13,572 bases of DNA from positions 1-13,572 of the forward strand of contig JBHIAH010000073.1 of the NCBI GenBank assembly GCA_046758505.1. Direction: 5' to 3'. A program made the position numbers and the translations under genes. This DNA comes from Candidatus Methylomirabilales bacterium (GTDB lineage Bacteria; Methylomirabilota; Methylomirabilia; Methylomirabilales; CSP1-5). This document shows, one piece after another, positions 7,182 to 13,572 of this stretch. The stretch's first letter is position 1. Each line of letters opens with the position of its first letter. Below the pieces are notes generated by a model. That model made no database searches, was not told where the DNA came from, and was given only the letters and a program-made list of their open reading frames with translations.

Positions 7182-9638
7182 TTATAACGTATCGACGGGG
7201 TCCACGTCGATCTCGAGCGCGGTCGATCCGCCGCGGGCACGCGGGAAGTCTGCCAGTGCCCTTGCCACCTGCTGGCGGAGGGGAGCATCCGGCGCTCCCT
7301 TGACGAACAGGTGCCAGCGGAATCGGCCACGGAGGCGGGAGAGCGGGGCGGGGGCGGGGCCATCGATCTCAAGGGCGATCGGATTCTGGCGGAGGAGTTG
7401 GCCCAGCTCCTCGGCCGCCGCCGCCGCCGCCGCATCCTCCGGGCTCGAGACGAGGAGGCGGATGAGGCGGGTGAAGGGGGGAAGGTTCCGCTCGTGGCGC
7501 CGCTCGAGCTCCTGCTTGGTGAACGAGAGAAAATCTTGGTCCAGGGCCGCCTGAATGCAGTAATGATCGGGATTGTACGTTTGGATCACCGCCTCCCCGC
7601 GGAGCGGACCCCTCCCGGAGCGGCCCGCCATCTGCGTGAGCAGTGCAAAAGTGCGCTCGCCCGCGCGGAAGTCGGGAAGGTTGAGGCCGGTATCCGCCGA
7701 GAGCACCCCCACCAGGGTGACGTTCGGGTAGTCGTGTCCCTTGGCGATCATCTGGGTGCCCACGAGGATGTCCAGATCCCCGCGTTCCAGTCGCTGCAAG
7801 AGAAGGTGATGCCCCTGCCGCCCGGCCGTCGTGTCCCGATCCATCCGCGCGATCCGGGCGTGGGGGAAGAGGGTCCTGAGTTCTCGTTCCACCTGCTCGG
7901 TCCCCATCCCGAGCTGCCGGAGGTTCGGGCCAGCGCAGCCGGGGCAGCGATCCGGAGGCCGCCGCTGGTGGGTGCAGTAGTGGCAGCGCAGGACTCCAGC
8001 GGCGCGGTGCAGCGTGAGGCCGACGTTACAGGAGGGGCACCGGAGGAGAAGGCCGCAATCGCGGCAGAGGATCGAGGTGGCATAGCCGCGCCGATTCAAG
8101 AGGAGCAGGACCTGCTCTCGGCGGCCGAGGCGTTCGCGGATCCGGGCCTCCAGGATTCGGGAGAAGATGAGACGCTGTCGTGAGGTCTTCGGTTCCTGGC
8201 GGAGGTCGACGACCGTGACCGTGGGGAGTACGCCTTCGCCGATGCGCTCGGGAAGGGAGAGCAACCGGTACGGGCCAACTTGGGTCCGGTGAAAGCTTTC
8301 GAGCGAAGGGGTGGCCGAGCCCAACAGGACCGGGCAAGACCACATCTGTCCCCGGAGCAGCGCCACATCCCTGCCGTGGTACCGGGGCGTGTCCTCCTGT
8401 TTATAGGCCTGGTCGTGTTCCTCGTCCACCACCACCATGCCGAGATGCAACAGGGGGGCAAAGACGGCGGATCGAACGCCCACCACGATATCGGCTTTCC
8501 CTTCCCGGATGCGAAGCCACTGGTCGAGTCGCTCGCCCGGCGTCAGCGCGCTGTGGAGCACGGCGACCCGGTCCCCGAAACGGGCCCGGAACCGTTCCGC
8601 CACCCGAGGGGTGAGGGCAATCTCCGGGACGAGGACCAATGCCTGCCTTCCCTGCGTGACGACCCTCGCAATCGCTTGCAGGTAGATCTCTGTCTTGCCG
8701 CTGCCAGTCACCCCGAAGAGGAGAAACGGGATATAGCGGCCCGAGGTGGCCGCAGCGTCGATCTGGTCCAGGGCCTCCCGCTGGCGCCTGGAGAGGGGAT
8801 GGGGGGTGGTCGGGCTGACCGGAATGTCCCGGAAGGGGTCGTGGCGGGTCGGCGTGAGGAGAGGTTCGATCAACCCCTTCTGCACGAGGGCAGAGAGGGC
8901 CGACGGGGATTGCGTGACGGTCCGCGCCTCTTGCGCTGCCATGGTCCCCCCCACCCGGAGGAGATGGGTGAGGAGGTCTGCCTGGCGGGGGGCGCGATGT
9001 TTGAGAGCAGCGATGGCCGCCTCGATCTCCTGCTGAGAACGGAGGAGACGGAAGGATCGCTCCTGTGGGGTCCGGACTCGAGGCGGGGTGAGGACGGTCT
9101 CGATGGAGAGAAGCCCCTTGGCGTGGAGCCGGTGGAGGACGGAGGGGGTGATCTTCCCGAGGTGTCGGGTGAGGCGACGGGTAGGGATGGGGGAATCGAG
9201 GGGGAGGAGGCGGAGGAGGGCCTGCTCCCGGGTTGGGAGGTCCTGGCGCGCCTCCGTCGCGGCCTGGCGCCCCTCTGGGGTGAGACGCACCAGGCGGCGG
9301 GTCGAGGCGTCTATGCCTGGCGGGAGGGCCGCCTTAATCACCTCTCCCCAGGGTGCGCCGTAGTCGTCAGCGACCCGGCGGGTGAGTTCGAGGAGCCGGT
9401 GATCGAGGAGGGGTTCAGGATCCAGCACATCCTGAATCTCCCTCAGCCCTTGGATGTCGGCCCGCTCCGGGAAACCCACGAGGTATCCGGATAGGACACG
9501 CGTCCCCAGGGGGACGATGACGCGCTTACCTGCCGCCGCCGTCTCCTGGAGATGGGCCGGGACGGCATAGGTCAGGGTCTTGTCCATGGCGAGGGGCAGG
9601 GCCACTTCGGCATAGCGTGGGAGATCTGCTGGAGCCAT
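7182..9638 (-). CDS. priA: Primosomal protein N' (replication restart helicase PriA, ~818 aa)
   Basis: N-terminal 3'-binding domain (YAEVALPL...GKRVIVPLG), Walker A GVTGSGKTE, DEEH, SAT, NRRGY, four CxxC pairs, GTQMIAKGHD, QMAGRSGR, terminal IDVDP. Start placed at ATG 9638 behind a GAGAGG SD. Confidence 0.97.
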   Translation of the reverse strand: MAPADLPRYAEVALPLAMDKTLTYAVPAHLQETAAAGKRVIVPLGTRVLSGYLVGFPERADIQGLREIQDVLDPEPLLDHRLLELTRRVADDYGAPWGEVIKAALPPGIDASTRRLVRLTPEGRQAATEARQDLPTREQALLRLLPLDSPIPTRRLTRHLGKITPSVLHRLHAKGLLSIETVLTPPRVRTPQERSFRLLRSQQEIEAAIAALKHRAPRQADLLTHLLRVGGTMAAQEARTVTQSPSALSALVQKGLIEPLLTPTRHDPFRDIPVSPTTPHPLSRRQREALDQIDAAATSGRYIPFLLFGVTGSGKTEIYLQAIARVVTQGRQALVLVPEIALTPRVAERFRARFGDRVAVLHSALTPGERLDQWLRIREGKADIVVGVRSAVFAPLLHLGMVVVDEEHDQAYKQEDTPRYHGRDVALLRGQMWSCPVLLGSATPSLESFHRTQVGPYRLLSLPERIGEGVLPTVTVVDLRQEPKTSRQRLIFSRILEARIRERLGRREQVLLLLNRRGYATSILCRDCGLLLRCPSCNVGLTLHRAAGVLRCHYCTHQRRPPDRCPGCAGPNLRQLGMGTEQVERELRTLFPHARIARMDRDTTAGRQGHHLLLQRLERGDLDILVGTQMIAKGHDYPNVTLVGVLSADTGLNLPDFRAGERTFALLTQMAGRSGRGPLRGEAVIQTYNPDHYCIQAALDQDFLSFTKQELERRHERNLPPFTRLIRLLVSSPEDAAAAAAAEELGQLLRQNPIALEIDGPAPAPLSRLRGRFRWHLFVKGAPDAPLRQQVARALADFPRARGGSTALEIDVDPVDTL

Positions 9639-9678
9639 GCTTGTCTTCCTCTCGGCTGGCACAGGGGATGCTGCGAGG

Positions 9679-9707
9679 ACTATATACGGGCGCGGAACCG
9701 GTGTAAA
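9679..9707 (-). promoter_or_regulatory. Putative sigma70 promoter for priA
   Basis: On the minus strand: TTTACA (9707-9702), 17-bp spacer, TATAGT (9684-9679), about 40 bp upstream of ATG 9638. Confidence 0.55.
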
Positions 9708-9730
9708 GGGGAGGGTAAACCGGTTGAGGC

Positions 9731-9760
9731 TTGTCGCCGGATCTCTCGGTAAGGTACAAT
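9731..9760 (+). promoter_or_regulatory. Putative sigma70 promoter for the CMD gene, divergent from priA
   Basis: TTGTCG (9731-9736), 18-bp spacer, TACAAT (9755-9760). Confidence 0.4.
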
Positions 9761-9816
9761 GTGAGGGTTGTCCGATCTCTCTCACGATCCCATTGTCCTG
9801 GCGAAGGAGGAGAAGC

Positions 9817-10122
9817 ATGGCCATGAAGGAATTTGCGGGGATGTATTATGTGGAGGACGCGCTCGACGAGAAGACCCGGCAGCTCGTGGCGCTGGCGGCG
9901 ATGCTTGCGGCTGGCTGTCACACGTGAGCGCCGGTCCGCTTCGCGGCCGCGAAGCAAGCCGGCGCCACCCAGGAAGAAGTGTTCGAAGCGCTCTATCTGG
10001 CGATGCGGGCCTCGGCCCGGGCGACCTGGTCCACGATCAAGACCAGTATTGAAGGAATCGAGGATCAGGTCCGGGCCATGAAGGAGGCCTACGAGCGGGA
10101 GGTCGCCGGGGCGAAGCGCTGA
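9817..10122 (+). CDS. Carboxymuconolactone decarboxylase (CMD)/AhpD-like protein, probable selenoprotein (CxxU, Sec37; 101 aa)
   Basis: SD AGGAGG 9805-9810, ATG 9817. Reading through TGA 9925-9927 gives MAMKEFAGMYYVEDALDEKTRQLVALAAMLAAGCHTUAPVRFAAAKQAGATQEEVFEALYLAMRASARATWSTIKTSIEGIEDQVRAMKEAYEREVAGAKR*. CMD signatures lie on both sides of the TGA (LDEKTRQLVALA; AKQAGATQEEVFEAL). Confidence 0.88.
9928..9965 (+). promoter_or_regulatory. Bacterial SECIS-like hairpin directly 3' of the in-frame UGA
   Basis: GCGCCGG (9928-9934) pairs with CCGGCGC (9959-9965); U-G pair and CC/AA internal loop; GCTTCGC (9938-9944) pairs with GCGAAGC (9949-9955). The apical loop GGCC begins with G and follows a 17-nt spacer after the UGA. 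Confidence 0.8.
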
Positions 10123-10158
10123 GGGGACAGAGCACCTCCGGGACTGACCGAGAGGTCT

Positions 10159-10190
10159 GGGGCCGCCAATGGTCGGGCGGCCCCTTCTCC
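10159..10190 (+). terminator. GC-rich hairpin, possible weak intrinsic terminator or processing stem downstream of the CMD gene
   Basis: GGGGCCGCC (10159-10167), 8-nt loop, GGCGGCCCC (10176-10184), followed by TTCTCC (a poor U tract). Confidence 0.4.
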
Positions 10191-10203
10191 TTCGGGAGGG
10201 GAC

Positions 10204-10890
10204 ATGGGCCGCGGACGCGCGTTCCTCCTCGACTTTGACCATACCCTCTTCGACACCGATCAATTCTTCTGGGTGGACGTCCGCGCCGCCTGCGCGCGAT
10301 GCGCCATCGATCCCGCGCTCTGGGAGGCAAGCTATGCGCGGGTGTGGCCGACGGGGTACTCGCTCGAGAAGCACGTAGGAGATCTGGGTCGCGCGGGCCA
10401 GGTGGAGGCGTCGGTCCTGGCGGCCCTCCAGCGGGTGCTTCGCGAGCACTTTGCCGACCTCCGCCCGTACTGCTACCGCGACGTGGAGCCCTTTCTGAAG
10501 CGTCTCCAGGCGGAATCGATCCCCTGCTTTCTCCTCTCCTTTGGGGATGTGGCCTGGCAGGCATACAAGGTCGGCGGGGCGCGGATGGCCGACTTCTTTC
10601 AGGAGATCTTCACCACGCGCCGGGAGCACGCCAAGGCCGAGGTGGTCGAGGGGCTCGTCGCACGGTTCCCTCGGTTGACCGTAGTGGATAACGACCCTCG
10701 GGAGCTCGATCTGATCAAGGCGCGGTGCCCGCAGGTGGAGACGTTCTGGATCACCCGGGTCCCGCCCGAGGCGCTCCAGTCTTCCGATCCGGAGATCCGG
10801 GAACGATTCCGGGAGGCGCGTGGGTATGCTACCCTTACAGCCGCGTTACACCATCGTCGCTGTCGGAGCCTGGATGAGGTGCCCCTGTGA
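10204..10890 (+). CDS. HAD-superfamily hydrolase (228 aa)
   Basis: Motif I FLLDFDHTLFDT, motif II LLSFG, candidate motif III Lys, motif IV-like VVDNDPRELD; SD GGAGG 10195-10199. Confidence 0.85.
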   Translation: MGRGRAFLLDFDHTLFDTDQFFWVDVRAACARCAIDPALWEASYARVWPTGYSLEKHVGDLGRAGQVEASVLAALQRVLREHFADLRPYCYRDVEPFLKRLQAESIPCFLLSFGDVAWQAYKVGGARMADFFQEIFTTRREHAKAEVVEGLVARFPRLTVVDNDPRELDLIKARCPQVETFWITRVPPEALQSSDPEIRERFREARGYATLTAALHHRRCRSLDEVPL

Positions 10891-11909
10891 GCCACACCGT
10901 CGTCGCCACGGCCCCGACCCGCATCGACTTTGCCGGGGGGACCCTCGATATTCCTCCCCTGTATCACTTGCATGAGCCGGCGCTCACCATCAATGTTGCG
11001 ATCAGCTTGTGTGCCACCGTCACGGTACGCGAGGGCAGGGGGAGAGGGATTCACCTGATCGCCCGGGACCAGGACAGGCGGGTCTCGTGGGCGTCACCAC
11101 GCCACATCGATTGGCGGCAGGACCGTTTTCTCGAGCTGATGGCCCGCCTCCTTCGTTCTTTCGCGCCTCGATCGGCCATCGAGGTGATCACCGACTGCCA
11201 GGCTCCCGCGGGGGCGGGGACCGGCGGCTCCTCGTCCCTGGCGATCGCGGCGACGGCCGCGTTGGCCCGGCTCTGCCAGGGCCGGATGACGCGGGTTGAG
11301 CTGATCGAATATGCCAGGGCCATTGAGACCCAGACGATCCGCGTTCCGACGGGATACCAGGATTACTACGCGGCGGTTTACGGGGGAGCCAGCGTGCTCG
11401 AGTTCGGTCGGACCGGCATCGTCCGCCGGCCGGTGGCCGCGGGGAAATTTCTGGAAGAGCTGGAACGGCACCTCCTCCTGGCGTATACCGGGAAGCCCCG
11501 GTTCTCCGGCGCCAACAACTGGCGGCTCTTCAAAGCCCACATGAACGGTGATCGCAAAGTGTTCCGCTTCTTCGAGCGGCTCACATCGAACGCGGGTGCG
11601 ATGCAGGAAGCCTTCGTCGCCCGAGACCTCCGTGCGGTCGCCGAGGCGCTGAACGAGGACTGGGCAATCCGGAGGGCGATGTTGCCCAGGATGAGCACGC
11701 CCCGCATCGATTCTCTCGTGCGGCGTTCCCGGCGTGCCGGGGCCTCGGGGGCCCGGGTCTGCGGGGCGGGGGGTGGAGGATGTATCGCTTTTCTCGTCGA
11801 TCCCGCCTCCCGTCCCCGCCTGAAGAAATTGCTGGCCGCGTACCGGGCCCGCGTCCTCCCCTGCCGTGTTCATCGCCGGGGGCTTACGGTCCGGGAGACG
11901 TGGAGCTAG
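10887..11909 (+). CDS. GHMP-family sugar kinase, HddA (heptose-7-phosphate kinase)-like (340 aa)
   Basis: APTRIDFAGGTLD, PAGAGTGGSSS (GHMP ATP loop), TGYQDYY, GARVCGAGGGG. The GTG start overlaps the HAD stop (GTGA). Confidence 0.88.
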   Translation: MSHTVVATAPTRIDFAGGTLDIPPLYHLHEPALTINVAISLCATVTVREGRGRGIHLIARDQDRRVSWASPRHIDWRQDRFLELMARLLRSFAPRSAIEVITDCQAPAGAGTGGSSSLAIAATAALARLCQGRMTRVELIEYARAIETQTIRVPTGYQDYYAAVYGGASVLEFGRTGIVRRPVAAGKFLEELERHLLLAYTGKPRFSGANNWRLFKAHMNGDRKVFRFFERLTSNAGAMQEAFVARDLRAVAEALNEDWAIRRAMLPRMSTPRIDSLVRRSRRAGASGARVCGAGGGGCIAFLVDPASRPRLKKLLAAYRARVLPCRVHRRGLTVRETWS

Positions 11910-11925
11910 CAACGGAGAGATATAT

Positions 11926-12864
11926 ATGCGACTTGCCACGGTCAGCTGGGATCGCCGGGTGGTGCTTGGTGCCGTCCTGGGGGACGCTGTTCTTCACGTG
12001 CCGGCCTGTGCGGCGGCGCTGAAGCGGTCCGGCCGGTGGAAGGGACACGCGCCTCTTCATATGCTAGAGGTGGTCGCCGGGGGCTCTTCTGCCCTGCGGG
12101 GCGTGCGGGCGCTCTGCCGGGAGGGAGCCCGCCGTCTCGCGAGCGGGACGTGGCGGGCGAGTGCCCGCAGTCCGCTGCTGCGGCCGATCGATCATATCCG
12201 GTTCCTGGCGCCGATTCCCCGGCCGGGCAAGAACGTCTTCTGCATCGGCCGGAATTATGCGGAACATGCCAAGGAAAGACAGGCGGGAGTCCCCACCATC
12301 CCGGTCTTCTTCACCAAGCCTCCCACGAGCGTGATCGGCCATGAGTCGCCGGTGAGCTATCACCGGGTGACCCAGCAGCTCGACTACGAGGTGGAACTAG
12401 CAGTGGTTATCGGAAGGAAGGGGGTGGATATCCCGCGAGCGAAGGCATACGACTACGTCTTCGGATACACGATCTTGATCGACGTGACCGCCCGGGACCT
12501 CCAGAAGAGGCACATGCAATGGTTCAAGGGGAAGAGCCTCGACAGCTTCTGCCCGATGGGACCCTGGATCATTTTCAAGTCGGCGCTCGCCGATCCTCAC
12601 AATCTGCGCATCGCCCTCCGGGTCAACGGCGAGACTCGCCAGGCGGCCAGTACTGCCGACATGGTCTTCACAATTCCGGATCTCATCGCGGTGCTCTCTG
12701 CTGGGATGACGCTGGAACCGGGAGACATCCTGGCCACCGGCACCCCTTCTGGAGTCGCCGCCGGCTTCGATCCCCCCCGGTGGCTTCACGTCGGGGATGT
12801 GATCGAAGCGGAAATCGAGGGAATTGGCGTGCTCCGAAACCGGATCGTCGCCCCGCGATCCTGA
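11926..12864 (+). CDS. Fumarylacetoacetate hydrolase (FAH) family protein (312 aa)
   Basis: CIGRNYAEH, FFTKPP, LDYEVEL, DVTARDLQ, WFKGKSLDSFCPMGP, LEPGDILATGTPSGV. Start placed at ATG 11926 after GGAG. Confidence 0.93.
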   Translation: MRLATVSWDRRVVLGAVLGDAVLHVPACAAALKRSGRWKGHAPLHMLEVVAGGSSALRGVRALCREGARRLASGTWRASARSPLLRPIDHIRFLAPIPRPGKNVFCIGRNYAEHAKERQAGVPTIPVFFTKPPTSVIGHESPVSYHRVTQQLDYEVELAVVIGRKGVDIPRAKAYDYVFGYTILIDVTARDLQKRHMQWFKGKSLDSFCPMGPWIIFKSALADPHNLRIALRVNGETRQAASTADMVFTIPDLIAVLSAGMTLEPGDILATGTPSGVAAGFDPPRWLHVGDVIEAEIEGIGVLRNRIVAPRS

Positions 12865-12926
12865 AGCGCGGATTTTTGAAAAATTAGTTCTCCGAAAACC
12901 CCTAGTCAAGCGGAAGGAGGAGGCCA

Positions 12927-13151
12927 ATGGGAGTGAATATAAATGCGAAAGCGAACGGTCCCTATCGTGTTGAGGTGGCCGATGGGGAGATCAAGCTGCT
13001 GGATGCAGACGGGAAGGAGTTCGATCTCAAGGGGAAGACGGCGTTCTCGCTGTGCCGCTGCGGGCACTCCCAGAACAAACCGTTTTGCGATGGAAGCCAT
13101 GCGCGTGTCGGCTTCCAAGCTGACGACTCGGCGCCCAGGGTCAGCGGTTAG
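12927..13151 (+). CDS. CDGSH iron-sulfur domain protein (74 aa, single domain)
   Basis: NGPY...LCRCGHSQNKPFCDGSH matches the 3Cys-1His [2Fe-2S] motif; strong SD AAGGAGGAGG. Confidence 0.95.
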   Translation: MGVNINAKANGPYRVEVADGEIKLLDADGKEFDLKGKTAFSLCRCGHSQNKPFCDGSHARVGFQADDSAPRVSG

Positions 13152-13179
13152 TCCTTACCCCACTGACGAAGCAGCGGGC

Positions 13180-13221
13180 AGCGGGGGTCAGCGAAGGAGC
13201 GGGGGAAGGAGCGGGGGTCAG
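13180..13221. repeat. Short direct repeats abutting the left inverted repeat
   Basis: AAGGAGCGGGGG twice in tandem (13194-13205, 13206-13217); AGCGGGGGTCAG at 13180-13191 and 13210-13221. Confidence 0.75.
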
Positions 13222-13508
13222 ACATTGATAATTTTATATTTGTCTTGGGTCCGCCGCAGGGCATCGGCAAGCCGCCGGATGAGTGCCCGGAGACTAAAAT
13301 CCCCGGCCTGTCAGTTCTGGGGCGGTCGGATCCCCATGCTGAGCGTAGCCTGGCCCACCGGAAGTACCCGGCCAGTGCGTACAGCCGGGTCCAGCTAACC
13401 CTCCGCGCGAGGTGGGTAGCCAGTACCCGGGCCGCGGTCCGGCAACGCTCCCCGGGCGGTGGGCAACTTGGCGGGGATCCCTGTGGCCTGGCTCATCAGC
13501 GCGAAGAC
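13218..13508 (-). pseudogene. Frameshifted remnant of a DnaA-C-like HTH domain, resembling the C-terminus of REP-associated/Y1 (RAYT-type) transposases
   Basis: Joining minus-strand frames gives VFALMSQATGIPAKLPTARG / RTAARVLATHLARRVSWTRLYALAGYFR / QATLSMGIRPPQN*QAGDFSLRALIRRLADALRRTQDKYKIINV*, with two frameshifts and one internal stop. The final TGA lies inside the left inverted repeat. Confidence 0.55.
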
Positions 13509-13540
13509 ACCTCTACGAATATAAATATATAAATGTCTGA
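13218..13540. mobile_element. 323-bp non-autonomous element bounded by 23-bp imperfect inverted repeats
   Basis: Left TCAGACATTGATAATTTTATATT (13218-13240) versus the reverse complement of 13518-13540, TCAGACATTTATATATTTATATT: 20 of 23 positions identical, and AT-rich in a GC-rich context. Confidence 0.7.
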
Positions 13541-13572
13541 TAGGATGAAAAAGGCTGCACACCGAGGATGGG

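Noticed and set aside
7413..7433. (GCC)n trinucleotide run in priA
   Set aside because: It encodes an in-frame Ala-rich helix in the PriA C-terminal domain; there is no sign of a phase-variable tract.
213..9494. Long antisense or alternate-frame ORFs (e.g. 213-1406, 1608-2522, 4332-6107, 5966-7303, 7311-8183, 8280-9494)
   Set aside because: These are shadow ORFs opposite well-supported genes, expected in high-GC DNA, and show no recognisable motifs.
9639..9824. 62-codon N-terminal extension of PriA in the 880-aa ORF call
   Set aside because: It spans the divergent promoter region and overlaps the CMD start. PriA similarity begins at MAPADLPRYAEV, and ATG 9638 has an SD and an upstream promoter.
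9637..9927. 96-aa ORF ending at ...AAGCHT*, or reading the CMD gene as a nonsense pseudogene
   Set aside because: The real start is ATG 9817 (strong SD). The stop sits at a Cys-equivalent position with an adjacent SECIS-like hairpin and an intact downstream frame, which favours Sec recoding over decay.
13245..13532. 95-aa plus-strand ORF and the 151-aa ORF at 12943-13398
   Set aside because: No recognisable motifs; the region is better explained by the CDGSH gene and a minus-strand transposase remnant between inverted repeats.

Overview
GC-rich bacterial chromosomal window, mostly housekeeping genes. Left to right: the C-terminal tail of a probable M23 peptidase (+); a minus-strand cluster of CN-hydrolase/glutaminase, NAD synthetase (nadE) and alanine dehydrogenase (ald), with a degenerate 7-bp repeat array between nadE and ald; a small HEAT-repeat protein (+); a coupled minus-strand pair of a large HEAT-repeat protein and an HD-GYP phosphodiesterase; priA (-); then a plus-strand run of a CMD/AhpD-like gene, a HAD hydrolase, an HddA-like GHMP kinase, an FAH-family protein and a CDGSH Fe-S protein. 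The window ends with a decayed transposase remnant bounded by inverted repeats. The strongest signal the ORF track misses is at 9817-10122: a CMD/AhpD-like redox protein with an in-frame TGA at the second position of a CxxC-type motif (C-H-T-U), followed immediately by a SECIS-like hairpin, which makes it a likely selenoprotein. Second, the HEAT protein and the HD-GYP protein share a gaplessly alignable N-terminal 'YxxxHP' domain that I cannot name, suggesting a dedicated cyclic-dinucleotide signalling module.
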